This document shows positions 42,842-55,718 of a DNA stretch of 64,000 bases, one piece after another. Each line of letters starts with the position of its first letter. Position 1 is the first letter of the stretch. The DNA is from Octopus vulgaris (Eukaryota), in the NCBI GenBank assembly GCA_951406725.2, contig OX597816.1, positions 85,498,001 to 85,562,000 of the forward strand, in the 5' to 3' direction. A program made the translations under genes and the position numbers. The notes beneath the pieces were generated by a model. The model saw nothing but the letters and a program-made list of their open reading frames with translations. It was not told the origin of the DNA and ran no database searches.

Positions 42842-44400
42842 GTACCTAATTTTAATTTACCTTTTTTCAGAAGAAAATCTCCTCTGTAGGAAAATTACGG
42901 AATTTAAATAACAATAATTTGTTTTTCATTTTGTTTTTCAGGTATAATCTTCAATGTCTAATTTCCTCACCATCGTTACTCTATTTGTAGTTAGTCTTTA
43001 TAAATCAAGAGACAAAACAAATTTTAAAGAAATTTGGAGTAAATTTTATAATTTTTAATAAAGCAAACAACTAGATAAATTACTTGAAAAGGTTAAATCT
43101 GTTATTAACCTGAATGATATCCAGTATCATTTATTTGTTTATGAAATAAGTAGTATTCAAAATACATGCAATGAATATGTGACCTTTCAATAATGCTAAA
43201 CATGAGTATTTTACTATTTTAATGTCTTCAGATTCGTTGCTTCCTTTTGTGAAAATTGCCTTTCCTACTCTTTATCTCCGTGACACAGTAACATAATAAA
43301 ACAATTGTGGATTAATAGGATTAAAAGGTCATTAGTGAAAAGAAGCGTTAAATATTTGATTTCGTTTTTATTATGCAATTTTATTATAAGTTCGGTAATT
43401 TATAAACTATATACAATTATTTGTGAGCAATATAAAATTGATATTCTCTACTCATATTAAAAGATGCATGATATAACAATACATATGCACTATCAAACTT
43501 ATTGTTATCATTTATTGAATGTTATACACTGAAGAATTACGGGTACTGATAGCATTTGGAAATATAATATACTCAATTTATGCATAGTGTTACGGAACTG
43601 TAAACTCGCTTATTACAATGCGAATTTGAGATACCAAGTTCTTATATTTCTAAATGGCATTAGAGACAAGAATAAATGATGATGTTTGCTTTGAGCAAAG
43701 AAGTATAAAGACATTTCAGATAAAGAGATCTGGTCAACAGCATGTATTCAAGCGGGTACAATGCATGCAGGAAGTTTTAGAAAAATCTTGCGAAATTTTA
43801 ATTTAACATTTTCTTCGGAAATCCCTTTTCTCTGGTGAGAAACAATATCCAGGAGACACGTTAAGTCTAATCGAAGAATAGTTTGCTTGATTCAGGTTAT
43901 TTGCATCATGTATCTCCCTGAATGTTGCGTACATCATGTCCTTTACTACCTAATCGAACTTGCTTTGTCGAAGGCTATCTTGATTTAATGATTCCTAACG
44001 TTAAAGAATAGTATGTTCAAGGCTTACCGTACGCATTCAGAAGAATGCATTGGTATTGTAATGCAATCTAGCCTCAAGTGGTGCATTGAATTCATTCTAT
44101 CTGTACGCCTAAACAATTTAGCGCATAGCTTTCATTCAACTATTATATTATCAGCTCCCGCATGATTAATGGACTAAGAATAATTCAAATCCTTATGTCA
44201 ATTTATATACATTCTTGTTGATTGTTGTATAGTTTTGAATTTGATACAAAAATGTAGTAATGTATCTGATCCTATTGATCATAGTGGCTGCTGGAGGCGA
44301 AGACAATCTAAAATGGGCAACCACTACGTAATTCAGTCCTTTAAATTTAGTAAACGAAAAAGTCGGTATAAAATAAAGAATTCTGCTGTCCTGGACGCTA

Positions 44401-44437
<37 letters not shown>

Positions 44438-44470
44438 ACACACACACACACAAACACACATGTATGTATA

Positions 44471-44722
44471 TCACTGGTCACGTGATCTACTAGACTGTCG
44501 GAACTTGTTATACGTTGAAGGTAACAATGCGCTCTGCGTAGTTTTAACTTCCAAGTGCTGCCACTGAGTTGGCTTGGCTTGCAGGCCAACATTCTTCCTG
44601 ATATGGATTCTATTCCGTCGCTGGTTTACCCATTTCTGAGTGAACTGGAACGACGAGAAATGAAAACAACGCTGGCAGTCTTGGAATCGAAACCACCATC
44701 TGAAAATCATGAGTGCAACACA
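44471..44722 (-). mobile_element. SINE family D, old copy
   Basis: ACAATGCGCT..GTTTTA.CTT.CAA..GCCAC..GCAGGCCAACA shared with 53407; rc B box GGTTTCGATTCC near 44690. Confidence 0.6.
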
Positions 44723-44779
44723 CACACATATATATAATATACTGATATTCAGGTCGTTGTATTTTTGAACTTCTAAATT

Positions 44780-45775
44780 CATTTGTGTTGTTGCAATAAA
44801 AGTTGTATTTACGTATTTGGGTAATATATTAAAGTTTTAAAGTGTTCTTGAGATGGTCGTTTGTCTGTCCAGTTCGAGAATACAGTTGGACTTTTGCAAT
44901 GTAAAGGATGTTTACATATCCGAATACTGAGGTAGAGTTATAAAGAAAAGAATAAGTTGTAGATAGTTAAATTTTAAGATTTACTAAATATGGTCTTTTG
45001 TATGACCGTACAGAGAGTTTACATTTTCGAATACTCAATGAGACAGGAAAGGATAAGTATTCACATATTAGTTGTAGATATTATTTTTTTTTTAAAGATG
45101 ATCGCGTACGTGCTCGAAAGTTGTATGTATGTAAGTTTCCTAACTTATTTTATTTTGAGAGAGATTGAAAATATTCATAGGAAATTGTAGATATTCCAGT
45201 CTTTCAGAATAGTAGGAGGAAGTGATGTTCACCTTCGTGGATTTTTGAATTTTTTTATTTATTTTTCTTTTAGAATTTTACTTTTCTTTATGAAAGTTTT
45301 GCTGTGGTTTACAGGTTTGTGGTTCTGTTGTATGTATATTTTGGCAGGTGCTTACTTCCTAAATTTTTTATCGTTCATTTAATTGTGTTGTTACAATAAA
45401 AGTCATGTTTACATATTCTGTTAGTCAGGGAAAAAGGGACGGCAAAATGTTCACACAAAATTATAGATATTAAAGTTTCTAAATTTTTTAAGGTGTACGT
45501 TTGTATGTGCGTTCAGAGAAAACTGTGTTTTCTTTTTCAATAAAAAGGATGTTTACATTTTCGAATATTCTGGAGACAAGGAATCGAAAAAAGGAAGGTA
45601 AAATTTTTTCACAGAAAATAGTAGATATGAAGCTTTAAAAATTTACTGGTGATGGTTTTATTCTGTTCGAACAAGGAAAAGTGTAATATTCTTGGAATAA
45701 AGAGGATGTTTACATTTTCGAATACTCAGAAGGAAAGGAAATGATAGGTATTCACAGAAGTTGTAGCTTTTAAAG
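44780..45775. repeat. Degenerate satellite-like array, period ~110-160 bp
   Basis: Recurrent GGATGTTTACATTTTCGAATACTC-like motif (~44906, 45016, 45405, 45547, 45703), each followed by TTCACA..TGTAGATA-like motifs. Confidence 0.65.
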
Positions 45776-46273
45776 GTCCACACAGTGACCATAAACATCA
45801 TATTACGCCTATTCACTAACTAAATTCTTAACGTAACTCTACCCCTTAATGAGCATAACAGCAAAATTCTTGTTTTCTTTCTACCCATTTCATGGTCAGC
45901 CACGGCTGGCTTCAGCCATGTTCCCACTGTGTTCTTGGAATATTCTTTTATTGTTCTAAAATTACATGCTTCATTTGATGATTACAGTTTTTGCAATGAT
46001 GTAATGTATACATTCGTCTATGAAAATTGCGTAAGAAAGAGCTGTAATGAACTGATATTTATCCATCATCTGCTATAATACATTTACTTATATACACACT
46101 CTCTCTCACACACACATACATACATAATATATATATATACACATACATACATACATATATATATATGTGTGTGTGTGTGCGTGTGTGTGTGTAAATGAGT
46201 ATAAGGCGTATAGATGTATTTATATATGTATACATACAAACACACATACATACATATGTCTAACATGGTGAAA

Positions 46274-46311
<38 letters not shown>

Positions 46312-46628
46312 TAGAGAGATAGAGAGAGAGAGTGACAGACAGACATACATATTCATTTTATAAAATTAGCAAAGATCATTTGAAAATACTTTCATAGGTC
46401 CTGCTTCAACTTCATGACGAAAGGAAATAAAAATTTTTCAAAGAATACATCGAAGCGTCTGCAAAGAATTTGAAACCAATATGAATAAATCATATAAGCA
46501 TTATTATATCCACAATCTATAAATAATTCCAATCCATGGTAAATGTCTCGGTGGATACCTGATTAATTTCTGTGTATATCTGTGCGTGTCAGTGTGTAGA
46601 TACTCAAATATATATATACAAGTATATA

Positions 46629-46692
<64 letters not shown>

Positions 46693-47024
46693 ATGCATTT
46701 GTATATGAATATGCATGTGTATGTGTGTGTGAATGTATATAAATATTTATATGAGTGTGTTTGTGCGTTTTAGCTTGGACAAAGTACACCGAAGCTGATG
46801 CGATAAGAACCATTGAACCTTGTAGTCGGTAGTGCCTAGTAATCTAATATAAATAGCAATTATCGGTATTCGATCGATCAATAAATCGATGTCGATAAAT
46901 GACGCAGAATCATGATTGAGTATAGGGAAAGAAAATGACACCAGACGGTAAAAATTTGTGTCAATAATTACACGTATGCTTCTCTTTTCAAACATTTTGG
47001 TAGTCGTAGCCGTCTGCATTATGA

Positions 47025-47069
47025 TCAGGATCGTCGTTATTGCTGACGTTGTCGTAGTCGTCATCATCG

Positions 47070-47117
<48 letters not shown>

Positions 47118-47690
47118 ACATCGTCATCATCATTGTCGTCATTGTCATCGTCGTCGTTGACCTCGTCGTCAACGTCATTGTCGTCATCATCGACGTCGTC
47201 TTGCTCAGAGCGTTGCATTCGCTTTTTATGGAAGAAGGCGCTGCTGACATAGTTCATGATATATCATAACAGCGGTGATGAGGATGACGATAAGGATGAG
47301 GAAGAATTTAAGTGGGAAGCGGTGTAGAAACAGTGAATTCGTTGATGGTAACTTTTATAACATAATTTCGAAGCCGATGTCAACAATGTTCGTCATCAAC
47401 ACCTCATTATGAATATCTGTCACCATCAGTTCAATTCTTACCATTTTTTCTTCTAATTGTCTCTTCCATAGTTTTTATCGGTATTATCATAGTATTAATA
47501 TGAGCAGAATTATCATCACATAGTTCGTCCTTCATCATCATAATCATAATAACCATTATGATCTATACGAACAAAACTACCCACAATTCCACCATTACCC
47601 TTTTCATGATCATCAGCATTATCAAAAACATCATCAACAGTATCCTCATCAACTTCGACATCATCCTCATCATCACTGTCATTGTCAGAA
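47025..47690. repeat. (ATC/GTC)n trinucleotide and low-complexity tract
   Basis: Pure (ATC)n near 47070-47117 with degenerate flanks. Confidence 0.9.
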
Positions 47691-47756
47691 TCTGGATCTC
47701 AACTTTCATTATAGCGACAAAGTATTAAACTTCGCTACTCAATCTTGTTTACATAT

Positions 47757-48271
47757 CTGTTATATCGCAATACTACACAGTGGCTATGTGTGCTACGAAA
47801 TCCTCGTCGCCACTGTTATATCGCAATACTACACAGTGGCTATGTGTGCCACGAAATCCTCGTCGCCACTGTTATATCGCAATACTACACAGTGGCTGTG
47901 TGTGCCACGAAATCCTCGTCGCCACTGTTATATCGCAATATTACACAGTGGCTATGTGTGCTACGAAATCCTCGTCGCCACTGTTATATCGCAATACTAC
48001 ACAGTGGCTGTGTGTGCTACGAAATCCTCGTCGCCACTGTTATATCGCAATACTACACAGTGGCTGTGTGTGCTAAGAAATCCTCGTCGCCACTGTTATA
48101 TCGCAATACTACACAGTGGCTGTGTGTGCTACGAAATCCTCGTCGCCACTGTTATATCGCAATACTACACAGTGGCTGTGTGTGCTACGAAATCCTCGTC
48201 GCCACTGTTATATCGCAATACTACACAGTGGCTGTGTGTGCTACGAAATCCTCGTCGCCACTGTTACATCG
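47757..48271. repeat. Minisatellite, 56 bp x 9 near-identical copies plus a partial
   Basis: Unit CTGTTATATCGCAATACTACACAGTGGCTGTGTGTGCTACGAAATCCTCGTCGCCA, starting at 47757, 47813 ... 48205, with the partial at 48261. Confidence 0.97.
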
Positions 48272-48584
48272 TACGTTCCGATGACCTCTACTCAACTTCC
48301 GACGTCTAGACTTCTCCCTCTATATCTACGTATTGGGCTAGCCTACTTCATCGTCTGGGGGCGTCCACACAATTTCGATGATAAAGATGATGGCAATATG
48401 AATTAAAATTTTGAAGATGTTGATGATGAAACAACCTTTCTCGACACCCTGGAGGCCATTTTTAATGCTTTATACCAATATTGTACATAAGAATAATATA
48501 CACCTTTACAATAAGCAGATTGCAGATATAAATATTTTGCAACGGTAAATATGGTGTAGCTGATATTTATTACACCATTTTTTA

Positions 48585-48738
48585 AGGCGGCAAGCTGGCA
48601 GAATCCTTAGCACGCCGGACAAAATGCTTTGCGGCATTTCGTCCGTCTTCATGTTGTGAGTCCACTTTCAACGGAGGCCGACTTTGCCATTCATTCTTCC
48701 GAGATCGATAAAATAAGTATCATCTGAGCACTGGGTTA
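48585..48738 (+). mobile_element. SINE family B, older copy
   Basis: AGGCGGCAAGCTGGCAGAATCCTTAGCACGCCGG...GACTTTGCCATTCATTC...GATAAAATAAGTA. Confidence 0.8.
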
Positions 48739-48789
48739 GATTCGCCATCGGTACTGATATTACTTCTGGCGCTAATATTGTTTTACAAA

Positions 48790-49805
48790 CAATTCTCTTG
48801 CGGAATTTCTTGCCAAGTTTCATGCAATAATCTCAAAAGATCTGGCTTTGAATATGCTTTCTTGTTCGCTTTATGAAGTGTCCTGTCCATTATGACTCAG
48901 AGGTATTCAATAGGGCTCATATCTGGTGACTGGCTTATCCAAGGAACCCTTTTAATGTCATTCTCGTATTAGAAATCATGGGTCATTTTATCCATGTGGC
49001 AAGAAGCTCCATCTTCCATAAAGAAAGAGTCTTCTTTAATGATTTCACCACTGTACTTTTTAATGATTTCATCACTGAAGAAGTGTAGAAGGAGTCCTTT
49101 CTGCAATATGGATACATTTTTATTGAGTTTATGTTTCCACCAGCTATGAGAAATAATTGCTTCAAATTGCTCACCAAACTATCACAGAACAGCTGCCGTG
49201 TTTAATTGTGGGCTGCAATCTTTTTACATCAAATTCTTGATCACAGAGTCTCCAGATCCACACTCGACCTCTGTCAGGAAATAAAGCAAATATGAACTCA
49301 TCAGAGAATATGATAGTGTCCCAAAATGCTAGTGGCCTCTCCACCAGCTCCCTGGTCCAATCATTTCTCCGCTAGATGTTGGCTGGTCGAGGAAGTGGCT
49401 TCCTTCTAGCTGCTCTGTGTAGATACCTAGCAGCTATTTTGGGACTGACATCAACTTTTTCTACTATGTCAGATGCCTTGAAACGAGGATAATGCTTCAC
49501 ATTTCTTTTAACAAAGTGAAGGGTACTGTCAGAAGGCATTGCTTGATCTGAGTGAGGAGATATGAACTTCTTCTTCTCTTGGTGAATTGCGCAGTCATTC
49601 TATTAACTGTAGAAAGCGGAATCCCAAGGTTTTCTGCGACTTTACGCTGACTATGTCTACATTCAGAATGACCCACAATATGGCCTGTTTGTAATTCAGA
49701 CCCACGGCTTCTATTGTACATAGCATGATTAAAAAGTACCTGAAAAACCTTTACAAATTAGAGTAAACTTAAAAGGAAGTTTTATGGCGTGTCTATTTAC
49801 TTCTA
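48790..49805 (-). mobile_element. Tc1-family transposase pseudogene
   Basis: HTH SQRKVAENLGIPLSTVNR; WDTIIFSDE; LQPTIKHGSCSVIVW; FMEDGASCH; PWISQSPDMSPIEYL (DD..E triad). Multiple stops; no paired TIR found. Confidence 0.85.
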
Positions 49806-49834
49806 TCATGTCTTTGTGTATGTATGTATATATA

Positions 49835-49870
<36 letters not shown>

Positions 49871-51031
49871 TGTATGTATATATGTATATATATATAATGC
49901 ATGCATGTAATTCTCTTTGCAGCAGAGACTGGACGGTTACTCTTTCATAGCAAGCATTTTGGAGACTATTATATGTATAAGCACACACCTAAAAATGCAG
50001 CTACGAAGCACAAACTTTGTGGTGGCATACTTTGGTTTCTTTTGGAACAAACAGAGGGTGTAAATTATCAGTTTGTTGTACTTAAACCACAAATATGCAG
50101 CTCTCTTTGGTGGAAATTTTATCATAATAAGCCCCCTCGTGATTCGTACAGTATACATGTTACACAGATTGTGCGCTTACACATTGTAATGAAATGGCTT
50201 ACATTATATTCTGCTTGTAGTCTAATGCTGGACAATACATACATATATACGTACATACATGCATGCATACATACAAACGTGTGTCTGTATGTGTGAGAGA
50301 GAGAGTGTGTGTGTGTGTGTGTGTGTGTCTTTCTTCGTGTGCATAAATATATATACAGGTGTCTGTGTGTGTGCGCGTACGTGTGTTTTAGCGCGCAACC
50401 GTACAGTCATACATATATATATATGCATACCATGATTAGACTGGGAAGTGAACGGGTGTTATGTCATTTACGGATAACCAAACTCCGGCTGCTAATTAGA
50501 GCCCAATGAATCACGCGCAGCTGATAAATGTCTTAACTCTTTACGGCAAAAATTGAACTCACATCGCAGAGAAGCAAAATCAATGCTTCAAAGAATTGTC
50601 GATATACATCTACCGTTTAGCCTTCTAATGCCCTCCCCACCTACTCTTCGCGAAAAATAATACGTGAGATTATAAACAACATGCAACTGTCAATCATTAA
50701 ACCGAAGTTACCTCTTTTACCACGCCCTTATAAACTGTTGTGAAAGATTAAAAGCCAAACTCCGGACAAACTGGAAATATAAATCTTATATCTAGTTTCA
50801 TGTTGTCAAAATATCAAGACTTGTTATTTGCAAAATATTCAATACTGATAATGACATTAGATTGCAACGTTGTAGCCATTTTCCTATCACCTTTGAAACT
50901 TGTCCTTTAATGAATACTTTAGTGTTGAGTCATATATCATAGGATTTCAATATTCTGAACTGGGATTGATTCCGCTTCAGAGCAGAATTCAATTGTGAAA
51001 GAAAAAGCATAAAAAAAAGAAAAAGAAATGA

Positions 51032-51069
<38 letters not shown>

Positions 51070-52288
51070 TATATATATATAAAGACTAAACGGCACAACA
51101 TTTCTATTGTATAACTTGCCATTGAACCTGCGTCACTTTGCTCCAAAGCTTAATACCCGTGTAATTTGCCCGAAAAGTCATGAAGAACTGAAAGATGACA
51201 GTAAGGGTGACTATGAGTAGAGTTCAAGCAAGAAAAAAATAATAAAATAAAAACTAACAAAGATTTAAACAGAAATATTGAATTCGTGACGCTTTCGATT
51301 ATTTTGTTTCTTTGCAGTTTATTTCTTTTCTTTTATTTATATTTTTCTATTGACCTACCTACTTACCCTCCTGCCTATCAAACTGGCTGCCAGTTTCATC
51401 TTTCATCTCTCTTTACCAGCCACAAGCCATTTAGAGGACATTAGTATTTTCCTAGTAAATTGAAGAATTATGTAGATGTTATTCAAGATCTATAATATCT
51501 TGGCTTTTTAAAGAAAAGCCTGTTCACCTTTTGCTTCAATGCTGTGTCCTTTGAACAGACGTAGTAAAATTCAATCGCTCCTACTTCAAATAGAACTATC
51601 GTTCCTTTTGTTGTGTCCCTAGAGGATATAACTAGAGTTTAGCTTGGCTGTTACAGTAGTAGCTGTAGCTGTTTAATCTAAAAACGCCATATCCGCCATT
51701 TAGTAACAAATTTTTTTCTTCTATTTCGTATTTCTTTTATGTCTAGTTATATAGTCGATACTCTAGCAAACGCCGTGGAACGAGAGATAAGCTCCAGATC
51801 TACAGCTTCGTGATGCAGTTTCGATTTTTCATTGTTAATGTCTTTGAAAAGTTCATGATTGCCACAGCTTCACCTATTATCTCTTTTTAAGTATATTGCC
51901 TTTGTTCTTAGTCAAACACACAACAGTAGTTAATCAATACAGAAAGAAACACTGCAATAATATACATTAAATCTTAGTGAAGCATTCGATTTTAATCACC
52001 GTTTTAAAAATCATTGGGAACATATGTACCTAGTGATATAATAATATTATATGTTCGATAAATATACATTCATTCTTAGTAATATATATTTCTACATGCT
52101 CTCTAGCTAACGACGTGCATTTCTCTTAAAAATATAGATTGAATAAACGATAGATTGAAAACTTGAAAATAATTCAATTACTTATACAATGCTTCGATTT
52201 TATAAACCCAACATTACGATTTATTGTCTTACGCATCTGCATTCGTACAATTACACACACACGAACTCACATATCTATGTATATGTAA

Positions 52289-52348
<60 letters not shown>

Positions 52349-52648
52349 GGATAACAGATAGAGATAGAGAGATTGTATGAATACATATATATATATGTAT
52401 ACATTTATGTATTCATTTATATATATACACATATATATATCTATACATAATCTATATATATACATAGAATATCTATCTATCTACCTATCTATCTATATAT
52501 AAATAAATGTTTTATTTATATTAAAGACATTACTACACATAAATGCCTCACGCTGTGAGAGACTCTTAAAGTCAAATCTACCATAATAAACACATTTTAC
52601 CGAACGCGAGGGAATGCAACTCTCGAAGCGAGCACCTTAAAACTAGAT

Positions 52649-52911
52649 TCAGCCATAGATTATATGATTTCATAATTAGTGAACAAAATGCACTTTTTAA
52701 TCGTCAGTGCAGGCATAATCAAGACACATAAAAATGAACAAAAACATCAACATACAAGTCGAACAACCCTATGTAATATACAGGATACATTTGGTGTTCG
52801 TCTGGTATGCTAACTTTTTGTTCATTTTTTTAATGTCCTGATTATGCCTGTACTGACGAGAGAAAAGCGCATTTTGTGCACTAATTGTAAAATCATATGA
52901 GTTGCGGCTGA
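52649..52911. mobile_element. Palindromic MITE (~263 bp)
   Basis: TCAGCC..ATATGATTT..AATTAGTG.ACAAAATGC..TCGTCAGT.CAGGCATAATCA.GACA..AAAAATGAACAAAAA is mirrored on the right; the arms nearly meet at the centre. Confidence 0.8.
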
Positions 52912-53352
52912 TTGTCTTTAAAGGGAATAATCTATTTGGTTTTTTGCGCCGTAAGATACATTGTTAGAAGTATGTTAAACGCCAGATTTTCATTTCATTC
53001 AATCCAGTTACACGAGGGTTGAAACGTATTAGTGGTAGCGCATTGTACAAAAAGGCTTCCAAATAGCTGTTTCTAATCTGCCGTTTCACATTAAGTCTCA
53101 TACGGCAGCACTGCTGAGTTAGGAATATTGCTTCAAAAATATGTAGTCCATGAGTTTCAGCAAGTGTTTCCACTTGTAAATCCAATTGGTAATCATCATT
53201 TAAATGAAAATACCAAAGCCAATGCTTGAAAATTCCATACACACACATACACACACAAATATACACAGACAAATATATATACATATACATATTTATGTGT
53301 ATGCATACATATATAATCTCATATAGGTATATGAACACATATATCATATGTC

Positions 53353-53406
<54 letters not shown>

Positions 53407-53410
<4 letters not shown>

Positions 53411-53588
53411 CGTGATCACCGTGACCGACCAGGCTATCAGATGTTGCTACATATCGCTGGTCACAATGCGCTTTGTATTGTTTTAGCCTTCAAACGACGC
53501 CACCCCATTGGCTAAGTGAGCAGGCCAACAGAAGAAAGAGTGAGAGAAAGTTGTGGCGAAAGAGTACAGCAGAGATCGCCGCCACCCC
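53407..53588 (-). mobile_element. SINE family D, 3' part, enclosed by (TA)n
   Basis: GC-rich block homologous to 44471-44590. Confidence 0.65.
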
Positions 53589-53639
53589 TATATATATATA
53601 TATATATATATAAAATCAGTATAACATAACGTATGTCAT

Positions 53640-54470
53640 AATAAATATTACAAAGCTACGGTATATCTTCTTGGCGAGATCTTTTAAGGAGCCATCGTCT
53701 TTAAAAACACAACAAATCTCAGAGCTAGGCGAAACGAAATCACACTGGAAGTGAAAGAAATTTCTGATGAGGAAAACTCCCATCCTGTGTGTGAGTATTT
53801 TCAAAAATGGCTTATTGAAGTCATGGGAGGTGAATTGAGAAAGTTTGACATCAGTATTTTATCCCTCGGTTCAAATGTGTCTGTGAGATGGTGTAAGGCG
53901 GTAGTATTTTTCTGGATTTGTGTACACAGTATTAGGGGTTGGTATCCGTGTAGTTCTGAAATATGTGTAAGCCTTTTACACCTTTACAACTTTTATGTTG
54001 ATGTTGGGTTTTATATGGCATGACATGATTCGTTTAAATATACGACTTGGAAATTCTGCAATGAAGGATATTAATGAATTCTTGAGTGCAAACCCATCAC
54101 CAGATTCTTTACGCTGACCCTCAGGAAGGCCTATTCAGAAGATAGTATATCAATAAGTAGGTCCATTTATTTGACTCTCATTAGAGAGACGAGTTTCAGT
54201 GAGGGCAACAATATCAAGGGAATATTTTTAAGGCTCACATGCAATAAGTGCAATACTCTCTGGCCTCTTGTTGAAATAATCACCAAGAAGTGCGTGCACA
54301 TTCCAACAGCTAAAATTCAAAGGATGTTTATTGTTATTTCTTCTTGAAGATTGCTTGACCACAGTGGCGGGTTGATGATAGGGCCCAGTATGTGACACAC
54401 TGGGACACCTGCCGAGTCATACCTATTCCCCTGACTTTCCCAAGCCTTTTTGGCCATTTCCTGAGTCATT
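53640..54470 (-). mobile_element. RTE LINE remnant (endonuclease N-terminus, possibly joined to a 3' fragment)
   Basis: LNFSCWNVHAL...KRPESIALIACE..KYSLDIVALTETRLSNESQI...YTIF..G..EGQRKESGDGFALKN at ~54065-54330. Confidence 0.8.
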
Positions 54471-54489
54471 TTGAGACATTATTTTTCGA

Positions 54490-54680
54490 AACGCGGAGTA
54501 GATGAAACAAGGACAACTTAAGGAGAATATTCTTTATGTTGTATGTCTCGGTTTTCTATGTTTATTTCGTTGTTTGAAAAAAAGTTTGTTTCTCTTTTTG
54601 TTTATATGTTTTCGCTTCTCATTGGTGTTCAACGTCTTTTTGATGTCCTGTACCCATATGGGCATGTATATATACATACG
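54490..54680. repeat. Dispersed repeat fragment of an unclassified family (second copy at 60750-60850)
   Basis: Shared GTTTATAT.TTT.CG.TTCTCA.TG.TGTTC.ACGT.TTTT.G.TGTCCTGTACCCATAT...CATGTATATATAC. Confidence 0.65.
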
Positions 54681-55398
54681 TATAAAAAGTAATGAGGGGA
54701 ATGACTGGAAGAAACGATATGTGCAAACGTATCTTTATGCTGACGGAAAGCGGAAATATCACTTCTCCAATCGCGAAAAATGCGACATGAGAGAATGTTA
54801 CTATAATTGATGCAGTTCTGTTTGCTGAAATCGCCGAATGAAGTAACAGAGACATGGAAAATTACAACAATTATTGAAAGAAAACACCAAGCGGGAAGAA
54901 GAAAATCCATAAAAATATAGGAAAAACAAGAGTGGTTCATTAACTATGAAAAATGACTTTGGAGAAATCCCCATTATGAAAACGAAATCATAAGAGTAAA
55001 AGACACAAGAAAACTAACACCAAACACAAACACCGATCCCAGAGGAACCAGACAAAGTTATCGAACCTCTAGTTATCCAAGATTATATGTGGAGATGACC
55101 TCCAGCTCCTCACAAGAGCAGATAAGAAACTTATATTCTGCAATACGAAAACATTTATACTACTATTTAATGTTTGTTCGTGAAAAACATGGAATTACAC
55201 AGAATATGGGATTTGACTATGCAAGTGTAAAGGAATATACATTTTCATAGGACTTTGAAAACTTTTTTTTTTTCAAAATTTACAAGGAAAAGTTCTGTTA
55301 TTATCCTTTTGATTTTGTCTTGGGGGTTGATAAACGAACGGAACTGCAAATAAAGAATTATCCAAAAATCTGACTGCGTCCTTTCTTTCTCTCTCTTT

Positions 55399-55479
<81 letters not shown>

Positions 55480-55480
<1 letters not shown>

Positions 55481-55718
55481 TTTGTGTTGCAAGATCCTTG
55501 ATGCGAAACCGTGTGTTGAAACATATATTGTTATATTTTGGGATGATCACTATTTTTCTTCAAATAAACATATGCATTATATATTCCTTCTTCACTTGTT
55601 TATTCCTGCTCTTAATTTATCTCATGTTCATTGTCTGAAAATCTTTCGTCACACATCTATGACCACTTCAGCGACTCTTTCAATCCATGTGTATCCTCCT
55701 CATACGTTTAGTCCATTA
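55480..55718 (-). mobile_element. Solo Penelope pLTR-like segment with degenerate hammerhead, interrupted by Chapaev3
   Basis: Homologous to 58090-58178 and to the rc of 59490-59640. Reverse complement of 55633-55675 reads gtcg-CTGAAGT-G-GTCATA-GATG-TGTGAC-GAAA-GATTT-TC-agac. Confidence 0.65.

Noticed and set aside
46747-47269. Poly-Asp, poly-Met and poly-Ile ORFs
   Set aside because: Translations of the (ATC)n tract.
47757-48271. CRISPR array
   Set aside because: Units are near-identical along their whole length with no unique spacers; eukaryotic context and no cas genes.
47757-48271. Paired 23-RSS on the minus strand of the array
   Set aside because: The heptamer is AACAGTG (lacks the essential first C) and the nonamer match is only 5/9.
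47745-48309. ORFs in all three plus frames across the array
   Set aside because: Follows from a stop-free 56-mer rotating through the frames; no coding evidence.
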